Virus record (IMG/VR): IMGVR_UViG_3300012953_006686
Span: 1 to 64,000 of that record
Direction: 5' to 3' (one strand)
DNA from: a virus
DNA length: 64,000 bases
In this document: positions 30,601 through 39,943 of the stretch, piece by piece
How the letters are laid out: each line of letters opens with the position of its first letter
Numbering within the stretch: the stretch's first letter is position 1
Translations under genes and position numbers: made by a program
Notes under the pieces: generated by a model
What the model was told of the DNA's origin: nothing
What the model saw: the letters and a program-made list of their open reading frames with translations, nothing else
Database searches by the model: none

Positions 30601-33600
30601 GCTCTATTGCTAACTTCGCTTGGTATACATTTTTTGGGCGTCAACGTTCCACTAGGAGTCGATGCAAGATCGGCAAAATAAGTTTCTATATCATAACCAT
30701 ATGAAAACTCATAATCTTCTACGCCTTTTGCATTATCTCTATATTGCAAAGTCAAATCAGGTGCACTTTTTCGTGTTAGTTTTACAAATTCTACATATCC
30801 CGATGACCCTGCGTCGGTATCTGCATAATAAGGATCAATTTGTATGTTGTATCCCAAATCCGGTAAACTTAAAAAATTCACTCTTTGTCTGTTGTACGAA
30901 CGATATCCCGGCAAATCTTCAAAATTTGTTCGATAATATTCGTTTGTGTAATTTGATGGTAAATCATTATTTATTGAATATTCAAAAGATAAATTATTTA
31001 TTTGCTCTCTAAGCCAGCTGGAAACATACATCGGATAGGCGCCGCGTTGCTGTTCAATGGGTCTAGGCAAGCTATTAATTAAAGGTATTAATGAGGCTAT
31101 ACCTGCTACTGGATTTGTTGCGAAGGCAGCAATAGAGCCAATACCGTTTATTAAAACTTCTTCTAGTTCTGGCTTTAGTTCTTCGATTGTCCAATTTTTA
31201 TAAAAATCAACGCGCCTTTCTTGATTTGATGTTTTTCTGTGGTGAGTACTAAGTGGCTGACCCATAGTATCAGATAAAATTAAATTTAAAAGTCCCCAAT
31301 TTTTCTTGCCGGGCCCCGATCCTAACATATCTTGTGTATATGCTAGTCTTACTTGCTCCAATTTTGAATCCAGATCTGCCACAACAGCTTCTTGTACGAG
31401 TTCTGGCTCATATGGCAAGATGCCATTATCGCAGCCAGGATCAGACACTAACGGAGGCATATTGTTTTGTACGTACCCAGGAAAATCATTCATAATAGGG
31501 GCAATATCTCCCAACTCTTCCAAGAGGTTGTTTTGAAAATCATCGCACATTTTTTTAATTTGACCAGGAGAAGCTCGACCTTCCATAAGGGCTGCTCTAT
31601 TTTCGCAGAACTGCTCAAGATCTTCATCTGTGGCGCACAAAGTAGGATTCGAGGGTGTGTCTGCACCATCTTCTCCAAGTCCATTTCGCAACTGATCCCT
31701 AAAGTCAACTGGCATAACATTTCCCATGTTGCCAAAAGTTTTTTTAATGGTTTGAGGATCCCCAAAAGCGCTAGCATATTGTGGATATTCATTGTTACAA
31801 AGCTCTATTACAACAGTGGTAAATTCTTCGGATGCTTCCCCAAGAAAAGCTTCAGACATTTCATCTTGTGTGACGGCACTTGAGATGTCCATGGCAAAAT
31901 CCATCACCGTATCGGAATCAGAAAATGCTCCGGAACCATTTCCAAAAGATTCAAAAAGATCTGTCACAGTATTGTGTAAGGTTTGATCATCTACACTATC
32001 ACCACAAATAGACTTCTTGATTGTCTCAACAAGAGTATTTTCCCCAGTAGCAAGATTTTTCGCCAGCTGACCAGCGATTCCGAGTGCATTACAAGATCTA
32101 TTACTTATAGTCTTACATAACCTAACCATGAGAGACACCAAGATTTTTTGAATAAGTTGTGCCATGGCTAGCTTAACTGCGTTTTTTAAAAATAACCACA
32201 GATCAGTAAATTTATGTCTTGGTGGAAGCATTAAAGTTGGAAATGTTATATCTTTATTGTTTCTACAAATAGGCAATTGCCAGTCTACCATATAATCTAA
32301 AGTTGAAGGATTAAAATAAGGAACTCCCGGACATGTAACACCTGCAATAATGTTTGAAATAATCGGTGCACCGGGAAATTTTCCTAGCAAATCGATAAGT
32401 GAAAATTCATCACCTACATATACTTCAATTATAGCCTGAATATACGCAACTACAACTTTATTAGGATCCAATCCTCCAGTTATTGTTTTTAATGCTGCAA
32501 AATGGCTTGGGGCTAATGTGTTTCTATTCTCGTCCTTCCAATTAGTCCAATCTCCAAAGGTCAATCCTCCCAGATTACCCTCATGGGATGAAACCCAATC
32601 GTGTTTTGCGGTGTCTGCGCTAGATGCAGAAGCTACTCCTGCTAATGTCGAATCTGCTGCAGTGGGCGTAGATGATAGTGCTGCAGAAGCCTCCGATGAA
32701 AATATCTCCGGAAATTCTGATGTGATGTCTTCGAGACCAGCCTCAACTGCAGCTGTAGCTGTTTGCTGCTGTGCCTGCTCTTGGGAGAGCAAATCTCCCT
32801 CTTCTTGATTCATTGCTGCTTCATTTTCAGTTCCTTTTTCAAATATCTCGCCAGATAGCAACTTCTTTTTAGCTAAATTTTCAATCTGCTGTCTTTTGTC
32901 TACGGGAAGTCCAAGAAATAAATCTGACAGACTTTTAACAGACATGCCTTTTAAAGCCGCTTCAATCATTTTTGACAGAGCTTGTTCTAAGCTGAGACCA
33001 CTAAACAAACATTGAATTCCTTCAGTAAGCAAATCTAGTAGACCACACATCTTCAATCGATCAAGCTTGCCTCTGAATTGGGTATAAAAGTTTTTAGCTG
33101 TTTTTAAAGATGTTTCTACATTTTGACCAGGCTCTCCGGGAGGTAAACCAAATAGCCAAACGCAAAAATTACTAAACTGTTCTTCGTCTGGATCTATTTC
33201 TCCAAAAGCTTGCTCCTTTGCGAGAGCTTTAATTTTACCTGTCGCTTCTCCATCATCTCTAAATCCATATAAGCTTTGACCCTCCTGGCGTCCTCTAACG
33301 CCTGAAGCTTGAACCTGTTCAGATGTGACCGTGTATTCTTCCTCTGTGACTGGTCCTGCGGAACCAGACACTTCGCGGATCCGGAGGGAGGACGTTTCGC
33401 GGGTCTTCGGGCTAAGATAAATCAGCATTTCCTTTTTTATTTCCATTAATTCTTCTTGTGTTTTAGCACATTTCTGCTTATGGAACTGGTACGCAATTGC
33501 ATCCCCTAGTGAAAATATTGGATTCAAAATATCTTCGCCAAGCTGTTTTGATTCAGCTGCCAGCGAAGCGCCTAGGCAGCTTCTGGCTTGATCTCCATTA

Positions 33601-34718
33601 TCATACATAGAATTTGCTGTTTTATAGACTGGAGGATATGTGTATTCTAAAATAAAATCAATCCACGGTGTCGGCTCTGATGCTGTTATGTCTGTATCCA
33701 TTTCTCGGAGATTCATAAAATAATTTACTGCTGTTTTGTCTCTCCATGCAGAGCCCGATTTTTTTAAGATCGAAAGCTTGTCAGTAAAAGTAATCGGATC
33801 AGTTTGACACCCAGCAGCTTCTATAGTTAATCTAATTAAATCCCTATCTTTGAAAGAAAAAGTCAATCTTTCGGCAGTCCTATTAGCTCGTGCCATGTCT
33901 CCCGAGAAAGAGCCGACGCCTTGAATATTTATTTTTCTAGAATTTAAAAACGAGTCTAGCTCCTCTATCAATGTAGCTAACTTAGAGGCATTTGGTGACA
34001 GACCAAAATCACCATATAAATCTAAATTAAAAACACTGTTATCAGTTAAAAATAAAATATTACTATTTTCAACCTTTCTCATTACAGTTAAACTTCTAGC
34101 ATACATCCACAATGCTTTCCTAACTTGTATATTAAAAAGCAACAATTCTTCAACAGCGTAAGTAACTTCAACATCGCCATTATCTTCGTCTTCGTCAGCA
34201 GGAGCATCTGGCAGTGCCTCAAACTCTTCGCTAGGTACAGAGTATAAAAGCTTTAAATGACTGGAGGACCTTAGAGAAAGATTCCAGTCTGTTTTTTGCA
34301 TCATATCATATACCTGCATTTGAATACCGGCGACGGTAGACTTATCGTAGTACTTGAGCAGTGCTTCAATTGCAGTATAAATGTATTCTTCATAAATCTC
34401 TTCAAGAGATTGATTTGCTAAATTTTCTATCTCTGCTTCTGAATATTCTATTTCTCCTATTGGTAGAGCGTCTCCAAATGTGGTCTTATATGAAGTGGGA
34501 GCAGTAATTTGATACATGCATAATCTTTCATTTAAAAAAGGAGACTCTAGATCTTTTTGAGTCCAATCTGGAACTATTGCGGTTGCATTAGGCACACAAT
34601 CCGGACATTCGGCTGGTGGTAGAATATTGAATTCTGCCTCACAAGCATCAATAAGCCCGTCGCCATTTACATCTTGATATTTTAAAAATGGTGACTCTTT
34701 TTGTTCTTCTTCTGCCAT
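27687..34718 (-). CDS. Giant acidic hypothetical protein (2343 aa), probable virion/baseplate hub-associated component
   Basis: Uninterrupted ORF between spike-like genes and gp25. N-terminal DVNGDGLID loop, many cysteines, internal hydrophobic helices. Confidence 0.6.
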   Translation of the reverse strand: MAEEEQKESPFLKYQDVNGDGLIDACEAEFNILPPAECPDCVPNATAIVPDWTQKDLESPFLNERLCMYQITAPTSYKTTFGDALPIGEIEYSEAEIENLANQSLEEIYEEYIYTAIEALLKYYDKSTVAGIQMQVYDMMQKTDWNLSLRSSSHLKLLYSVPSEEFEALPDAPADEDEDNGDVEVTYAVEELLLFNIQVRKALWMYARSLTVMRKVENSNILFLTDNSVFNLDLYGDFGLSPNASKLATLIEELDSFLNSRKINIQGVGSFSGDMARANRTAERLTFSFKDRDLIRLTIEAAGCQTDPITFTDKLSILKKSGSAWRDKTAVNYFMNLREMDTDITASEPTPWIDFILEYTYPPVYKTANSMYDNGDQARSCLGASLAAESKQLGEDILNPIFSLGDAIAYQFHKQKCAKTQEELMEIKKEMLIYLSPKTRETSSLRIREVSGSAGPVTEEEYTVTSEQVQASGVRGRQEGQSLYGFRDDGEATGKIKALAKEQAFGEIDPDEEQFSNFCVWLFGLPPGEPGQNVETSLKTAKNFYTQFRGKLDRLKMCGLLDLLTEGIQCLFSGLSLEQALSKMIEAALKGMSVKSLSDLFLGLPVDKRQQIENLAKKKLLSGEIFEKGTENEAAMNQEEGDLLSQEQAQQQTATAAVEAGLEDITSEFPEIFSSEASAALSSTPTAADSTLAGVASASSADTAKHDWVSSHEGNLGGLTFGDWTNWKDENRNTLAPSHFAALKTITGGLDPNKVVVAYIQAIIEVYVGDEFSLIDLLGKFPGAPIISNIIAGVTCPGVPYFNPSTLDYMVDWQLPICRNNKDITFPTLMLPPRHKFTDLWLFLKNAVKLAMAQLIQKILVSLMVRLCKTISNRSCNALGIAGQLAKNLATGENTLVETIKKSICGDSVDDQTLHNTVTDLFESFGNGSGAFSDSDTVMDFAMDISSAVTQDEMSEAFLGEASEEFTTVVIELCNNEYPQYASAFGDPQTIKKTFGNMGNVMPVDFRDQLRNGLGEDGADTPSNPTLCATDEDLEQFCENRAALMEGRASPGQIKKMCDDFQNNLLEELGDIAPIMNDFPGYVQNNMPPLVSDPGCDNGILPYEPELVQEAVVADLDSKLEQVRLAYTQDMLGSGPGKKNWGLLNLILSDTMGQPLSTHHRKTSNQERRVDFYKNWTIEELKPELEEVLINGIGSIAAFATNPVAGIASLIPLINSLPRPIEQQRGAYPMYVSSWLREQINNLSFEYSINNDLPSNYTNEYYRTNFEDLPGYRSYNRQRVNFLSLPDLGYNIQIDPYYADTDAGSSGYVEFVKLTRKSAPDLTLQYRDNAKGVEDYEFSYGYDIETYFADLASTPSGTLTPKKCIPSEVSNRAEITYINEEELTPFIVAPSDSTRIKIYNILNPYADLDNAEMELLDPVQQRDIKKERYDGASTIKERAFEFMAVDQTFVDINFDPYPKFLDKFSNYEEDSPLLTLLEEILMNAGWDSLSTGQSSDDLKQFHSSVLETLNQSVANAVYENEPMWLYGASYDRLTMDDAEYVIPDNTPYVPEEYWGGPYQEAEIEEFTTTGEESGVTGLSEMRKIKNDDMILGVSKMQYKIEKGEYELQYVSDSPSDYDTAITTPAENRVFYLDPALYGGNYMNPPVYIKPMANKGWLGLIENLFPEISVCKDSPTDFVDFQDIQDQLDETYKFLSDDPRWYKDPECRIEVPFNKLLKRDSKAFIYGLVDAAIRIYVSAHIIKSLPIYTIFAPKYPDCYSNITAAYILEIMEKSFKDAQGTGAEAFNTFKDEEFWYSFLEQAVECFASKVENDLIEPSPSAESAMARLNKLQEKYEFVTKEDLKQAKEEQKVGRIKLLKNYRSDKNLEEVQEYEEDCKIILQEMIATQMNLQAEKVINNLKGADEEPAVKNMDYYILDNFTAGSSLTLNEKVNFDGSFETSYPDFPEVPFEENEETEEPYYTDGGQFVVGEKFTETGPGVGEEYIGYYHVHIDLETGQLKFMAGEYHSIETHDLLTPVVNLVKIPIGDVPEYGERSVQDSLESIDKPFLVEKYISINGQRHAPTAAVDIVKGNDSESLISEIYPGTMALNADETGIVGELGVRYGLTFSLLLGGSWFEITSVEIDALDRPIKQFTTLGSDSALLLCLINHLKKDDVFRLITGYVFPIRKIASIMSIYVDMGLLASIGEVTVADGATYQKTINPLSPFNAEGKPGMYASTETGTDDDGNTVIKSITIDGIPGWASKKDRNVWSPFFLEFDEWDQEILRSTKSKIKRLFKYSYNSRDFSIPKMRDYNIVNLRTESLKNALRLPQGDRILPRFRRKRLSSNPFNSLGQECESEENEE

Positions 34719-34736
34719 TCTATAGTTTCCAATTAT

Positions 34737-35762
34737 TTAAGTTAAATTCACATTTTTGCTGCAAATAGATCTGTTTGCGTTGTCCGTTAAAAACGTCTGG
34801 GCCCACGCAGCTATATGTGACTGAATTGACCACTGACTTTGTAGTCCGTAATTAGTAACCGTTGAAGCAAATGCGGCTGATGCAGCTGCGGCGGGAGCAA
34901 GTCGAAGAACAGCTCCAAAATTAAGACCAAGAGCGCTCGCCCATACCAATAAAGCTGTATTAACTGTCATTTGTGCACTAGCTAGAGAGTCTAATAGATC
35001 TCCAAGCTCGGCTAGTGCAAGACGCAAATTATCACCCATTACTGCTGGCTGTAGATAGTTATAAGTTAAATCTAAATTAGGCACGTAAATACTAACCGCA
35101 TCAGCTAGCGGTTTAAGTAGCTCTGGAAATGGAAGCTGGTGGGATCCTATGTTGTTGCCAGCGATGAGATCAATTGTTGGTGAAATTTGATATTTTCCTC
35201 CTTTTGATGTTTTTTCGCCGCCGCCATCAACACCAAGAGCGTGACCGGTAATAAGTTTAATTCCTTGTCGACCAACTACGCGGGTTTTATCAGCTTTAAG
35301 AACTACTGCAGATGCAGCTTTTTCACCAGTAGAGGGAGGCTCGTGAGCAATTCCAAACATAGTGTCTACTTTAACTGCCCTACTAACATAAACCCTAGCT
35401 GCGTCTGTCACAGAGTTAACATTGACTATCTGACCGTTACAAGGCTCTCCGCCGTCATTGAATCCAACCACAATATCAATAGTATCAGAAGGGTTTCCGG
35501 TTTTTCCTTCGCCGCTCATATCGTTTGTGTTTCTTTGGGGTCCCATAATAATACCAGCATTATTAAAATATATTACTTTTTCTCCAAGAGTTATATTTCT
35601 GTGTATATATGGTTGGACAGGTGGAGTATTTGCTAACCCTCCTAACTGTTGCCTTACGGGAACGTTGTTATTAATGTAATCTTGTGCGGTTGTCTGCTTA
35701 ACAACCTGACCAGATTCACACACTTCGAAGTGACTATCGTCATTTATTTTTCTAGTGGTCAT
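34737..35762 (-). CDS. Putative baseplate spike/puncturing protein (gp5 C-terminal-like)
   Basis: Short beta-strand run (AVVLKADKTRVVGRQGIKLITG), then an Ala-rich hydrophobic C-terminal helix. Position upstream of gp25. Confidence 0.5.
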   Translation of the reverse strand: MTTRKINDDSHFEVCESGQVVKQTTAQDYINNNVPVRQQLGGLANTPPVQPYIHRNITLGEKVIYFNNAGIIMGPQRNTNDMSGEGKTGNPSDTIDIVVGFNDGGEPCNGQIVNVNSVTDAARVYVSRAVKVDTMFGIAHEPPSTGEKAASAVVLKADKTRVVGRQGIKLITGHALGVDGGGEKTSKGGKYQISPTIDLIAGNNIGSHQLPFPELLKPLADAVSIYVPNLDLTYNYLQPAVMGDNLRLALAELGDLLDSLASAQMTVNTALLVWASALGLNFGAVLRLAPAAAASAAFASTVTNYGLQSQWSIQSHIAAWAQTFLTDNANRSICSKNVNLT

Positions 35763-35825
35763 ATTATTATTTTATTACCTATAATATGTTTATAATTATC
35801 ATCTTAACACAAATATAAACGTTTT

Positions 35826-36995
35826 TTATGTTTGATTTCTAAGCTCAACATGACAAGCATTATTTCTATATTCCGGTGGTTTTTCTAATTTCCAACCATT
35901 CGGGGCAAATGCAGTACTGGCGAAAGGAGATATTGAGCCAGCATCAACAAGCGCTTGATAGCCTTTGGGACCCGTATCATCTTTGAATTCTTGGAGTGCT
36001 GTAGCTATAGCTTCAAGGGCTGTGACTTTTTCTGCGTCTGTACCATCAGAGCCGGCTCCACCTGCAACATCAAACGCAACAATGTTTCCATATCTACATC
36101 CTTCACCTACGCAATGATTGCTTCTAGAAGGCATTGCAATTGCCAAGCCGTGAGAACTCGTTAAGATACCTCTTAATCTTTCATTCTCAGTGTGGCTCAT
36201 GCCATCTCCATTGACTGTTATCGATCTTGCTCTTGCCATTCTAACAATCATAGCGCGACCCTGCGTTATAGTTCTCCCAGTTGATGTTACCCTCACGCCG
36301 GCCGGCACATTTCCATGATCAACAACCGCTTCCCAAAAAGAATCAATTTGTCTTTGTCTTTCGGTGGCGCCGGCTACTGTGGTCTCACTAGAAACCGTAG
36401 CGCTACTAAAATCTAGTGCAGCCAAGGCAGTGCTGCATCGTGCTATTAATCTAGCATTTGAAACATCAAATTTTTCAGCAACCTGTATGGTCGATGTTAC
36501 AGTAGCCAACTCAGTCTCTACACTTCCTCTGCGATTAACAGGGCATGCCACTGTTAAAATGTCACCTGATTGTATATTGGTGCGCGTTTCGCCAAACCCT
36601 TCATAATTTTTTGCTGTCATTGCCAATGTGTGATTTACAAGAGACATTGAATTAGTTTCCGGCGCGCCAGTGGTTGCCTCTTCACAAGGGGTTTCTAAAA
36701 AGCTATGAGGATCTAAGCCTTCATAAAATTCTGATAATATTCTAATGCGCAATATCTGTCTATCATCAGGAAAGGAATCAGTTGTCATAAGGCGACTGCT
36801 GTACTCAGAAGAACTTCTTCTGCTAAGCATCCAGTTTCTATCAATGGGCACTGAATCAGTAACCGCTTGAGCCACAAACACACGTTGTGCGCCGCGAGAA
36901 TTTACTATCTTATTTGACTGCAGGCGCGCATACAAGCTCATTCTTTCGCGAGCGGTGGTAAAAGATGTTATATCTAACGGCGGTGTTGTTGACAT
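35826..36995 (-). CDS. Tail-tip protein paralog 3 with C-terminal M15-like (Hedgehog/DD-peptidase fold) Zn peptidase
   Basis: N-terminal PLDITSFTT...AQAVTDSVPID shared with two neighbours. C-terminal VTSTGRT...SNH...AFDV...CHVE matches the M15 pattern. Confidence 0.65.
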   Translation of the reverse strand: MSTTPPLDITSFTTARERMSLYARLQSNKIVNSRGAQRVFVAQAVTDSVPIDRNWMLSRRSSSEYSSRLMTTDSFPDDRQILRIRILSEFYEGLDPHSFLETPCEEATTGAPETNSMSLVNHTLAMTAKNYEGFGETRTNIQSGDILTVACPVNRRGSVETELATVTSTIQVAEKFDVSNARLIARCSTALAALDFSSATVSSETTVAGATERQRQIDSFWEAVVDHGNVPAGVRVTSTGRTITQGRAMIVRMARARSITVNGDGMSHTENERLRGILTSSHGLAIAMPSRSNHCVGEGCRYGNIVAFDVAGGAGSDGTDAEKVTALEAIATALQEFKDDTGPKGYQALVDAGSISPFASTAFAPNGWKLEKPPEYRNNACHVELRNQT

Positions 36996-37018
36996 ACTAT
37001 ATTATAACTCCATTTAAT

Positions 37019-37663
37019 TTATACTGCACTGACAAATAAGCTAGCTAAAGTTGTGCAACCTATCGATGACGTTGGTTCGGTGCTGCTATCTATAGTATTT
37101 CTACTAAACAATGACACTAGAATACCTTGCTCTAGATCATAATAATTATTATCTCCCATCACCAGTCCGACTTGAATTATATCATCTTTGCTTATAGTGG
37201 CGCCGCGGCTCAAAGAAAAACCATCTCCACTTATAAAAAGAGTATATTGACAAACTTTTTCTAAATCAGATTCATAATCGGCAGACGTTGCTAAAGAACA
37301 AGGATTTTCAAAGCCATTATGTGGGTTATTGTAAGATTCTAGAGCATTACCATTTGAGTCGCCAATAATTTTAGCCCTGACAATATACTTTGAGGGGGAG
37401 TCTCCTTCGAAAAAACGAGTAAAATCTTCACCACGATATGTATAATGACCTTCTGATTGAAGAGTCCAAGCGCCGAGTTCATCAGAATCAAGACCGCACA
37501 TGCCGGTGAAGCGACCATCAACTGGGACAGCATCAGTTAGGGCAACCGCAGTGAACACACCAATGGTTCCGGGCTCAGTCACTTGCAATGCGCCGCGCTG
37601 TTTTGCCATACCAAGCTCAACTAGCATAAATGGGGTAGTAAACGATGTGATATCTAAAGGCAT
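37019..37663 (-). CDS. Tail-tip protein paralog 2 (shared N-terminal domain only)
   Basis: MPLDITSFTT...AVALTDAVPVD...VRAKIIGDS.G...NPH.....PC; AAGGAG RBS. Confidence 0.65.
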   Translation of the reverse strand: MPLDITSFTTPFMLVELGMAKQRGALQVTEPGTIGVFTAVALTDAVPVDGRFTGMCGLDSDELGAWTLQSEGHYTYRGEDFTRFFEGDSPSKYIVRAKIIGDSNGNALESYNNPHNGFENPCSLATSADYESDLEKVCQYTLFISGDGFSLSRGATISKDDIIQVGLVMGDNNYYDLEQGILVSLFSRNTIDSSTEPTSSIGCTTLASLFVSAV

Positions 37664-37687
37664 TAAATTATTTTCTCCTTATATATT

Positions 37688-38929
37688 TTAACACACGGCG
37701 CCGCCGATTTCTGTATAATATGTACTTGGAAACATTCCATTGGCGTCTGCTATTTCTGTTCCATCGCGCATGTTTTCAGCGCCGCCGGCGCCTCTTAGGT
37801 GGGCTGCAGCCAACATGCCGCCCACATCATTAGGGTTGTCTAAATCTAATTTTCCATTCGAGCGCAGATATCTAAAGTGAGTATTTGAGTGGCGACGAAC
37901 CGCGTCTTCTTGGCATCCATTTTTATTTGCAAGATAGTCTGCTTTACTGTTGACTCCATTCTGACCAGTCCAGTTAGAGCTATTATCTATTATTCCATTG
38001 GTAGTCGGGCGACAAGACTCAGATTGACCTTTACAGGTGCCCATAGAATTCCAGCTTCCGGTTTTCAAATAACCAGCAGTTTCTAAAGCGGCAACTCCAA
38101 ACTGATAGTAGCCTAAGTAACCAGCAGAGTTTACATCAGAGTAAGATGTAGCTTCGTGCGCGCGAACAGCGGCTAGCCAGTTTTCCCAAGAAGTACTACC
38201 AAAATAAGTTTCAATATCAGTTGATTCCCTATTAGATGGTCGGCAGCCGGCTGTTAATTTTACACAATCAAAATCTATTCTTCTTACTTCAACTCGGGTA
38301 CCAGTACGACTACCACACTCGCCAGAACTGGTACTCGCTGATGTGCCAGACCAAGCCAAGCCGGATAGACTTGAAACAGCGCTGCTGCATTCCGTTGCTG
38401 CTCCTGGACCTCGACCTTCAGCTGCATGTTTTTTGATTTGTAATATTCTGCCGCTCTGTAAGTCTATAGCTCCATACCTATCATATTTAACTTCAATTCT
38501 AACCTCAGTTCCTTCAGAAATATAAGAATTTGCGTTGTGGTGGTGCAAGGAGTGCTCACATCGAATAAACATGTGTTGAATCGAATCATCGGAGCAAGCG
38601 CCTAAAAAATTATGACAATTTGCCATTGATCTTAAGCGATGACCTCGACTATCACCAATAATCCTACACATAACTAAGTGCGTTTGAATTGGTCCGGAGC
38701 GTGTGCCGCCCCATGGTACTCGCGAGGTACGGGCGCTGATACCTCCATTTCCTATAAATCGTTCATATTGTGCAGCGTCTATAGGTACCGCGGTTGTTAC
38801 GGCGATTGCGGTATACCGCCTAACTTCTCCAGGATCTCCCATATCAATGCGGTTGTAGGTGCTAGACGCGTCGAGGTCTGCGATGTCTCTACTGTTTGTA
38901 TAGCTCGTAATGTCTAGACGGCGACCCAC
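37688..38929 (-). CDS. Tail-tip protein paralog 1 with C-terminal lysozyme-like/lytic transglycosylase domain
   Basis: Likely GTG start at 38929, just after the upstream stop. N-terminus LDITSYT...AIAVTTAVPID. C-terminus AHE..SY..VNSAGYLGYYQFG...LAAAHLRGAGGA...DANG...YY. Confidence 0.75.
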   Translation of the reverse strand: MGRRLDITSYTNSRDIADLDASSTYNRIDMGDPGEVRRYTAIAVTTAVPIDAAQYERFIGNGGISARTSRVPWGGTRSGPIQTHLVMCRIIGDSRGHRLRSMANCHNFLGACSDDSIQHMFIRCEHSLHHHNANSYISEGTEVRIEVKYDRYGAIDLQSGRILQIKKHAAEGRGPGAATECSSAVSSLSGLAWSGTSASTSSGECGSRTGTRVEVRRIDFDCVKLTAGCRPSNRESTDIETYFGSTSWENWLAAVRAHEATSYSDVNSAGYLGYYQFGVAALETAGYLKTGSWNSMGTCKGQSESCRPTTNGIIDNSSNWTGQNGVNSKADYLANKNGCQEDAVRRHSNTHFRYLRSNGKLDLDNPNDVGGMLAAAHLRGAGGAENMRDGTEIADANGMFPSTYYTEIGGAVC

Positions 38930-38930
38930 A

Positions 38931-39221
38931 TCAAGCGGTTCCTTGAATAATATCAAACAGATTGTCTTTATCTTCTTCAGATAAGATATCTTGCTTTGGA
39001 TCAGATTTTTTCTGTATTCCAATAAGTTTAACTAATTGTTCGTTAGATCTTTGAAGTGTTTCAATATGCTTCGCGGCGACTGGGCTTAAATATTTATTTT
39101 GGTCTGCATCAGATGCTATCAAGTTCGCAATCTCATTAAGAAATTCGCGAGCAGATTTTCTATCGCTACGTATATTGTCTAATGCTTCGTCTATTAAAGA
39201 TTGTAAATTTTTATTACTCAT
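38931..39221 (-). CDS. Hypothetical coiled-coil protein
   Basis: ORF 38931..39239; the ATG at 39221 (MSNKNL) overlaps the upstream stop (ATGA) and has a GGAG RBS. Confidence 0.7.
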   Translation of the reverse strand: MSNKNLQSLIDEALDNIRSDRKSAREFLNEIANLIASDADQNKYLSPVAAKHIETLQRSNEQLVKLIGIQKKSDPKQDILSEEDKDNLFDIIQGTA

Positions 39222-39943
39222 AGCTCTCCGTTTTCCCAACCTTGCCTAAAAGAATAGTATTTCTTTTTAAACTTCTTCAAAGAGTTAACAATTTGCTTGG
39301 TGTTTAAGCCCGTTATCTCTCTAAGGTATAGGTAAATAGCTTTCTTATTAAAAATTTCTATGTCGTCTTTTGATTCAAAAAGTATATTAATCGCTTTATA
39401 AACTTTTAAATCGTTATCCTTCATTGCAGAGGTGTCCCACGATTTTAATTCTTCGTAAAATGAATTCCAAAATTCTTCTTCTTCTCGATTGCTTAAATAA
39501 GACTCATTTGTTGATAAAAACTCTTCTTCAAATTTTTTAGATATATTATCATAATCAACTTCACGTTTATTTAATTTTTGCTGTCTTTTTACTTTATGAA
39601 TAAACCAGTTTTTAGTAATTACTGAGAAGTACGAGAACGCTTTTGACCCCTTGCTCGGATCATACTTGTCTAGTATCGTCATTAGCCATATCTTGCATTC
39701 ATCTCTTAAATAATCACAATTTGGCAGATTGGTAAATTTATAAGTGAATACAATCTTATCCACCATTTCGTTAAATGCTGGCTGAATCCATTTTACATAT
39801 AATTCTGTGCGCTCTCGAATACAAGTGGTTTTAGTATATTGAATTATCGCATTTTCGTGTTCAGACGTAAAATAATAATTCTTATTCTTCTTCTTCTTGG
39901 TCGCTCGTCGCTTCTTCGTTTGTGTTTTCATTTGTGTTGTCAT
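39218..39943 (-). CDS. Phage RNA polymerase sigma factor-like protein (probable late sigma)
   Basis: YFT, then region-2-like LDKYDPSKGSKAFSYFSVITKNWF, and a C-terminal HTH-like LYLREITGLNTKQIVNSL. Confidence 0.75.
   Translation of the reverse strand: MTTQMKTQTKKRRATKKKKNKNYYFTSEHENAIIQYTKTTCIRERTELYVKWIQPAFNEMVDKIVFTYKFTNLPNCDYLRDECKIWLMTILDKYDPSKGSKAFSYFSVITKNWFIHKVKRQQKLNKREVDYDNISKKFEEEFLSTNESYLSNREEEEFWNSFYEELKSWDTSAMKDNDLKVYKAINILFESKDDIEIFNKKAIYLYLREITGLNTKQIVNSLKKFKKKYYSFRQGWENGEL

Noticed and set aside
38930-39022. N-terminal extensions in the ORF track (e.g. 37688..39022, 227..799, 59855..61213, 39882..40271)
   Set aside because: They overlap upstream genes. Downstream starts give better RBS/stop coupling and, for 38929, align with the paralog N-termini.
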